Shown in pieces: positions 35,220 to 40,605 of a stretch of 40,605 bases of DNA. Source of the DNA: a virus (taxonomy: Duplodnaviria > Heunggongvirae > Uroviricota > Caudoviricetes); IMG/VR virus record IMGVR_UViG_2734482545_000011, one strand, 5' to 3'. The notes beneath the pieces were generated by a model. That model saw only the letters and a program-made list of their open reading frames with translations. It did no database searches and was not told the origin of the DNA. The position numbers and the translations under genes are program-made. Position 1 is the first letter of the stretch. Each line of letters opens with the position of its first letter.

Positions 35220-37820
35220 ATGAGCACAAAACCACTCTTCCTGTTACGGAAAGCGAAAAAATCATCCGGTGAACCTGACGTCGTCCTGTGGGCAAGCAAC
35301 GATTTTGAATCGACCTGTGCCACTCTGGACTACCTGATCGTTAAGTCAGGTAAAAAACTGAGCAGCTATTTTAAAGCTGTTGCCACGAATTTTCCTGTCG
35401 TTAATGACCTGCCCGCTGAAGGTGAGATCGATTTTACCTGGAGTGAACGCTATCAACTCAGCAAAGACTCCATGACATGGGAACTAAAACCGGGAGCAGC
35501 ACCAGACAACGCTCACTATCAAGGCAATACCAACGTCAACGGCGAAGACATGACTGAGATTGAGGAGAATATGCTACTCCCAATTTCTGGCCAGGAACTG
35601 CCCATTCGTTGGCTTGCTCAACACGGCAGCGAAAAACCGGTAACGCACGTTTCACGCGACGGACTCCAGGCATTACACATTGCTCGGGCTGAAGAACTAC
35701 CGGCTGTTACTGCCCTGGCTGTTTCCCACAAAACCAGCCTGCTCGACCCGCTGGAAATTCGCGAACTCCACAAACTGGTTCGTGACACTGACAAAGTTTT
35801 CCCTAATCCTGGTAATTCAAACCTGGGACTGATAACTGCTTTTTTCGAAGCATACCTGAACGCTGACTACACCGATCGAGGACTGCTGACAAAAGAGTGG
35901 ATGAAGGGTAATCGTGTTTCACACATCACTCGCACGGCTTCCGGTGCTAATGCTGGCGGCGGAAACCTCACCGATCGCGGCGAAGGTTTCGTACACGATC
36001 TGACGTCACTGGCGCGGGACGTAGCCACTGGCGTACTGGCCCGTTCAATGGATCTGGACATCTATAACCTTCATCCGGCACACGCTAAACGCATTGAGGA
36101 AATTATCGCTGAAAATAAACCGCCCTTTTCTGTTTTCCGCGACAAATTCATCACCATGCCTGGCGGGCTGGATTATTCCCGCGCCATCGTGGTTGCGTCC
36201 GTAAAAGAAGCACCAATTGGGATCGAGGTCATCCCCGCGCACGTCACTGAATATCTGAACAAAGTACTGACTGAAACCGATCATGCCAACCCTGATCCGG
36301 AAATCGTGGATATTGCCTGCGGTCGCTCCTCTGCCCCGATGCCGCAGCGAGTAACAGAAGAAGGAAAACAGGATGATGAAGAAAAACCGCAACCATCTGG
36401 AACAACGGCAGTTGAACAGGGAGAGGCTGAAACAATGGAACCGGACGCAACTGAACATCATCAGGACACGCAGCCGCTGGATGCTCAGTCACAGGTAAAT
36501 TCTGTTGATGCGAAATATCAGGAACTGCGGGCAGAACTCCATGAAGCCCGGAAAAACATTCCATCAAAAAATCCTGTCGATGCCGATAAATTGCTTGCTG
36601 CATCACGTGGTGAATTTGTTGACGGAATTAGCGACCCGAACGATCCGAAATGGGTAAAGGGGATCCAGACTCGCGATTGTGTGTACCAGAACCAGCCAGA
36701 AACGGAAAAAACCAGCCCGGATATGAATCAACCTGAGCCAGTAGTGCAACAGGAACCGGAAATAGCCTGCAATGCCTGCGGCCAGACTGGCGGGGATAAC
36801 TGCCCTGACTGTGGTGCGGTGATGGGCGACGCAACATACCAGGAAACATTCGATGAAGAGAGTCAGGTTGAAGCTAAGGAAAATGATCCGGAGGAAATGG
36901 AAGGCGCTGAACATCCGCACAATGAGAATGCTGGCAGCGATCCGCATCGCGATTGCAGTGATGAAACTGGCGAAGTCGCAGATCCCGTAATCGTAGAAGA
37001 CATAGAGCCAGGTATTTATTACGGAATTTCGAATGAGAATTACCACGCGGGTCCCGGTGTCAGTAAGTCTCAGCTCGATGACATTGCTGATACTCCGGCA
37101 CTGTATTTGTGGCGTAAAAATGCCCCCGTGGACACCACAAAGACAAAAACGCTCGATTTAGGAACCGCTTTCCACTGCCGGGTACTTGAGCCGGAAGAAT
37201 TCAGTAACCGCTTTATCGTAGCACCTGAATTTAACCGCCGGACAAACTCCGGAAAAGAAGAAGAGAAAGCGTTTCTGAGGGAATGCGCAAGCACAGGAAA
37301 AACGGTTATCACTGCCGAAGAAGGCCGGAAAATTGAACTCATGTATCAGAGCGTTATGGCTTTGCCGCTGGGGCAATGGCTTGTTGAAAGCGCCGGACAC
37401 GCTGAATCATCAATTTACTGGGAAGATCCTGAAACAGCAATTTTGTGTCGGTGCCGTCCGGACAAAATTATCCCTGAATTTCACTGGATCATGGACGTGA
37501 AAACTACGGCGGATATTCAACGATTCAAAACCGCTTATTACGACTACCGCTATCACGTTCAGGATGCATTCTACAGTGACGGTTATGAAGCACAGTTTGG
37601 AGTGCAGCCAACTTTCGTTTTTCTGGTTGCCAGCACAACTATTGAATGCGGACGTTATCCGGTTGAAATTTTCATGATGGGCGAAGAAGCAAAACTGGCA
37701 GGTCAGCTGGAATATCACCGCAATCTGCGAACCCTGGCTGACTGCCTCAATACCGATGAATGGCCAGCTATTAAGACGTTATCACTGCCCCGCTGGGCTA
37801 AGGAATATGCAAATGACTAA
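35220..37820 (+). CDS. recE: exodeoxyribonuclease VIII (RecE), full length
   Basis: 866-aa [54 protein letters not shown]...; same length as K-12 RecE as I recall; C-terminal nuclease domain present. Confidence 0.95.
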   Translation: MSTKPLFLLRKAKKSSGEPDVVLWASNDFESTCATLDYLIVKSGKKLSSYFKAVATNFPVVNDLPAEGEIDFTWSERYQLSKDSMTWELKPGAAPDNAHYQGNTNVNGEDMTEIEENMLLPISGQELPIRWLAQHGSEKPVTHVSRDGLQALHIARAEELPAVTALAVSHKTSLLDPLEIRELHKLVRDTDKVFPNPGNSNLGLITAFFEAYLNADYTDRGLLTKEWMKGNRVSHITRTASGANAGGGNLTDRGEGFVHDLTSLARDVATGVLARSMDLDIYNLHPAHAKRIEEIIAENKPPFSVFRDKFITMPGGLDYSRAIVVASVKEAPIGIEVIPAHVTEYLNKVLTETDHANPDPEIVDIACGRSSAPMPQRVTEEGKQDDEEKPQPSGTTAVEQGEAETMEPDATEHHQDTQPLDAQSQVNSVDAKYQELRAELHEARKNIPSKNPVDADKLLAASRGEFVDGISDPNDPKWVKGIQTRDCVYQNQPETEKTSPDMNQPEPVVQQEPEIACNACGQTGGDNCPDCGAVMGDATYQETFDEESQVEAKENDPEEMEGAEHPHNENAGSDPHRDCSDETGEVADPVIVEDIEPGIYYGISNENYHAGPGVSKSQLDDIADTPALYLWRKNAPVDTTKTKTLDLGTAFHCRVLEPEEFSNRFIVAPEFNRRTNSGKEEEKAFLRECASTGKTVITAEEGRKIELMYQSVMALPLGQWLVESAGHAESSIYWEDPETAILCRCRPDKIIPEFHWIMDVKTTADIQRFKTAYYDYRYHVQDAFYSDGYEAQFGVQPTFVFLVASTTIECGRYPVEIFMMGEEAKLAGQLEYHRNLRTLADCLNTDEWPAIKTLSLPRWAKEYAND

Positions 37821-38622
37821 GCAACCACCAATCGCAAAAGCCGATCTGCAAAAAACTCAGGGAAACCGTGCACCAGCAGCAATTAAAAATAACGACGTGA
37901 TTAGTTTTATTAACCAGCCATCAATGAAAGAGCAACTGGCAGCAGCTCTTCCACGCCATATGACGGCTGAACGTATGATCCGTATCGCCACCACAGAAAT
38001 TCGTAAAGTTCCGGCGTTAGGAAACTGTGACACTATGAGTTTTGTCAGTGCAATCGTACAGTGTTCACAGCTCGGACTTGAGCCCGGTAGCGCCCTCGGT
38101 CATGCATATTTACTGCCTTTTGGTAATAAAAACGAAAAGAGCGGTAAAAAAAACGTTCAGCTAATCATTGGCTATCGCGGCATGATTGATCTGGCTCGCC
38201 GTTCAGGTCAAATCGCCAGCCTGTCAGCCCGTGTTGTCCGTGAAGGTGACGAGTTTAATTTCGAATTTGGCCTTGATGAAAAGTTAATACACCGCCCAGG
38301 AGAAAACGAAGATGCCCCTGTTACCCACGTCTATGCTGTCGCAAGACTGAAAGACGGAGGTACTCAGTTTGAAGTTATGACGCGCAAACAGATTGAGCTG
38401 GTGCGCAGCCAGAGTAAAGCTGGTAATAACGGGCCGTGGGTAACTCACTGGGAAGAAATGGCAAAGAAAACGGCTATTCGTCGCCTGTTCAAATATCTGC
38501 CCGTATCAATTGAGATCCAGCGTGCAGTATCAATGGATGAAAAGGAACCACTGACAATCGATCCTGCAGATTCCTCTGTATTAACCGGGGAATACAGTGT
38601 AATCGATAATTCAGAGGAATAA
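37813..38622 (+). CDS. recT: recombinase RecT (single-strand annealing protein)
   Basis: 269 aa from [57 protein letters not shown]...; start overlaps the recE stop by 8 nt. Confidence 0.95.
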   Translation: MTKQPPIAKADLQKTQGNRAPAAIKNNDVISFINQPSMKEQLAAALPRHMTAERMIRIATTEIRKVPALGNCDTMSFVSAIVQCSQLGLEPGSALGHAYLLPFGNKNEKSGKKNVQLIIGYRGMIDLARRSGQIASLSARVVREGDEFNFEFGLDEKLIHRPGENEDAPVTHVYAVARLKDGGTQFEVMTRKQIELVRSQSKAGNNGPWVTHWEEMAKKTAIRRLFKYLPVSIEIQRAVSMDEKEPLTIDPADSSVLTGEYSVIDNSEE

Positions 38623-38677
38623 TTCAGCCTGGCGGTGTAATGCACCGCCAACTTGAAATATTTTTATGAGAAAAATT

Positions 38678-38827
38678 ATGAGATATGACAATGTTAAACC
38701 ATGTCCATTTTGTGGTTGTCCATCAGTAACGGTGAAAGCCATTTCAGGATATTACCGAGCGAAGTGTAACGGATGCGAATCCCGAACCGGTTATGGTGGA
38801 AGTGAAAAAGAAGCACTCGAACGATGA
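38678..38827 (+). CDS. lar: restriction alleviation protein Lar/RalR (49 codons to an in-frame TGA)
   Basis: MRYDNVKPCPFCGCPSVTVKAISGYYRAKCNGCESRTGYGGSEKEALER then TGA; four-Cys zinc-ribbon pattern. The same frame continues 14 more codons (NKRTTGNNNGGVHV) to TAA at 38870-38872. Confidence 0.65.
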   Translation: MRYDNVKPCPFCGCPSVTVKAISGYYRAKCNGCESRTGYGGSEKEALER

Positions 38828-38852
38828 AATAAACGAACCACTGGAAATAATA

Positions 38853-39053
38853 ATGGAGGTGTTCATGTATAAAATTACCGCCACTATTGAAAAGGAAGGT
38901 GGCACTCCTACTAACTGGACAAGATATTCAAAATCTAAACTAACGAAATCAGAATGCGAAAAAATGCTCTCAGGTAAAAAAGAAGCAGGCGTTTCCAGAG
39001 AGCAGAAAGTAAAACTGATAAATTTTAATTGCGAGAAACTTCAGTCCTCGTGA
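38853..39053 (+). CDS. ydaC: YdaC-like protein
   Basis: MEVFMYKITATIEKEGGTPTNWTRYSKSKLTKSECEKMLSGKKEAGVSREQKVKLINFNCEKLQSS; alternative start at the second ATG (38865) after GGAGGT. Confidence 0.55.
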   Translation: MEVFMYKITATIEKEGGTPTNWTRYSKSKLTKSECEKMLSGKKEAGVSREQKVKLINFNCEKLQSS

Positions 39054-39152
39054 ATTGCATTGTATTCAAATTAAAACTTCATAGCTGATTATTAATAATC
39101 AACATCGGGCGTCAATTTAAGTCTAACATTGGCGCCTGCCAGAGGTGATGCG

Positions 39153-39368
39153 ATGGCACAAGTAATCTTTAATGAAGAGTGGATGGTTGAATACGGCCTG
39201 ATGCTTCGCACTGGTCTGGGGGCCAGACAAATTGAAGCATACCGCCAGAACTGTTGGGTGGAAGGCTTCCACTTCAAACGAGTATCTCCTTTAGGGAAGC
39301 CAGACAGTAAGCGAGGGATTATCTGGTATAACTATCCAAAGATAAATCAGTTTATCAAAGACTCATGA
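39153..39368 (+). CDS. xis: excisionase (Xis, YdaQ-like)
   Basis: 71 aa [71 protein letters not shown] with GAGGTG RBS; immediately upstream of the integrase. Confidence 0.7.
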   Translation: MAQVIFNEEWMVEYGLMLRTGLGARQIEAYRQNCWVEGFHFKRVSPLGKPDSKRGIIWYNYPKINQFIKDS

Positions 39369-39369
39369 T

Positions 39370-40605
39370 ATGTCTAAATTACCAACAGGTGTCGAGATTC
39401 GAGGTAAATACATTCGCATCTGGTTCATGTTTCGAGGAAAACGATGTCGGGAAACATTGAAAGGCTGGGAGGTTACTAACAGTAACATTAAAAAAGCCGG
39501 GAATTTAAGAGCGTTGATAGTTCATGAAATCAATTCCGGTGAGTTTGAGTATTTAAGACGTTTTCCCCAGTCCAGCACTGGGGCAAAAATGGTGACAACG
39601 AGGGTCATAAAAACGTTCGGGGAGCTTTGTGATATCTGGACAAAAATTAAAGAAACAGAGTTAACAACAAACACAATGAAGAAAACGAAATCACAATTAA
39701 AAACACTCAGGATAATAATTTGTGAGAGTACTCCGATATCGCATATTCGTTATAGCGATATCTTAAACTACCGGAATGAACTGCTGCATGGAGAAACGCT
39801 TTACCTGGATAATCCAAGATCCAACAAAAAAGGAAGAACCGTGCGCACAGTTGATAACTATATCGCCCTGCTCTGTTCGTTGTTACGTTTTGCGTATCAG
39901 TCGGGATTTATATCAACCAAACCATTTGAAGGAGTAAAGAAATTACAGAGAAACAGAATAAAGCCTGACCCGTTATCTAAAACAGAATTCAATGCATTAA
40001 TGGAAAGTGAAAAAGGACAGAGCCAGAACTTGTGGAAATTTGCCGTATACTCCGGGCTTCGTCACGGGGAACTGGCTGCTCTGGCGTGGGAGGATGTGGA
40101 TTTCGAGAAGGGAGTTGTGAATGTCAGAAGAAACCTGACGATACTGGATATGTTCGGTCCCCCAAAAACAAATGCGGGGATCCGGACGGTAACACTACTG
40201 CAGCCTGCTCTTGAAGCACTGAAGGAGCAATACAAACTGACCGGGCATCATCGCAAAAGCGAAATCACTTTTTATCATCGGGAGTACGGCAGAACCGAAA
40301 AGCAAAAACTGCATTTTGTTTTCATGCCCAGAGTGTGTAACGGAAAACAGAAACCTTATTACTCGGTAAGCAGTTTGGGTGCGAGATGGAATGCAGCAGT
40401 AAAACGTGCTGGTATTCGCCGCCGTAATCCGTACCATACGCGGCATACTTTTGCCTGCTGGCTGTTGACGGCAGGAGCGAACCCGGCGTTTATAGCCAGC
40501 CAGATGGGGCATGAAACTGCGCAGATGGTGTATGAAATTTACGGTATGTGGATTGATGACATGAACGACGAACAGGTAGCCATGTTGAATGCGCGGTTAT
40601 CGTAG
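39370..40605 (+). CDS. intR: tyrosine integrase IntR
   Basis: 411 aa; C-terminal catalytic region with HTRHTFACWLL (H-x-x-R) and tyrosine in QMVYEIYGMW; window ends on its TAG stop. Confidence 0.95.
   Translation: MSKLPTGVEIRGKYIRIWFMFRGKRCRETLKGWEVTNSNIKKAGNLRALIVHEINSGEFEYLRRFPQSSTGAKMVTTRVIKTFGELCDIWTKIKETELTTNTMKKTKSQLKTLRIIICESTPISHIRYSDILNYRNELLHGETLYLDNPRSNKKGRTVRTVDNYIALLCSLLRFAYQSGFISTKPFEGVKKLQRNRIKPDPLSKTEFNALMESEKGQSQNLWKFAVYSGLRHGELAALAWEDVDFEKGVVNVRRNLTILDMFGPPKTNAGIRTVTLLQPALEALKEQYKLTGHHRKSEITFYHREYGRTEKQKLHFVFMPRVCNGKQKPYYSVSSLGARWNAAVKRAGIRRRNPYHTRHTFACWLLTAGANPAFIASQMGHETAQMVYEIYGMWIDDMNDEQVAMLNARLS

Larger units (their letters stand above)
1..40605. mobile_element. Rac-type lambdoid prophage, near-complete (window spans start of tail gene J to stop codon of integrase)
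   Basis: Recognised protein set intR, xis, ydaC, lar, recT, recE, racC, ydaE, kilR, sieB, ydaF/G, racR, ydaS/T/U/V and trkG (all known Rac genes in E. coli K-12), here joined to intact lysis, packaging, head and tail modules. Identification by sequence recognition; no search run. Confidence 0.85.

Noticed and set aside
35867-37718. Antisense ORFs inside recE (36045-36461, 36244-36606, 36603-37046, 37070-37400, 37410-37718)
   Set aside because: Shadow ORFs on the strand opposite a well-supported 866-aa RecE gene; no independent start signals.
1-40605. CRISPR arrays, IS elements or transposases, rRNA
   Set aside because: No regularly spaced direct repeats, no terminal inverted repeats flanking a transposase-like ORF, and no rRNA-like conserved sequence seen anywhere in the window.

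Overview
The window is essentially one near-complete Rac-type lambdoid prophage of Escherichia coli, running from the first 22 codons of tail gene J (minus strand, 1-66) to the stop codon of the integrase intR (40605). All calls rest on reading the six-frame translations and the sequence by eye; no database search was run, and coordinates I derived myself (internal starts, hairpins, promoters) may be off by a few bp. Minus strand, 23.5 kb to 0 kb: Q-like antiterminator, a 1 kb non-coding spacer with two hairpin terminators, a two-gene lipoprotein moron, a phage-21-type lysis cassette (dual-start pinholin, SAR endolysin, Rz with embedded Rz1), trkG, ParB-like and GT-A-like genes, TerS/TerL, portal, head morphogenesis, scaffold, major capsid, connector proteins, major tail, G/GT chaperones with a visible -1 frameshift site, tape measure, M, L, K, I and the start of J. 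29-40.6 kb is the Rac early/immunity/recombination region: ydaV(dnaC-like), ydaU, ydaT, ydaS, racR, ydaG, ydaF, sieB, kilR, ydaE, racC, recE (866 aa), recT, lar/ralR, ydaC, xis, intR. The most unusual content is an AT-rich island at about 25.0-28.8 kb between the replication module and the nin/Q module. It holds a tight two-gene operon of unknown function (340 aa and 333 aa; the first has a C-terminal R-N-x-x-x-H motif of the HEPN type), which I rank as the best candidate for an undescribed defence or abortive-infection module. The same island carries a YeaR-like gene behind an NsrR-type 11-1-11 palindrome, a 32-aa hydrophobic peptide ORF and a Cys/Gly-rich small ORF. The second notable item is the moron between Q and the pinholin: two paralogous outer-membrane lipoproteins whose C-terminal domains closely resemble TolA domain III, with their own promoter and terminator, in the slot where Stx phages carry stx. 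No rRNA, tRNA, CRISPR array or IS element was found.
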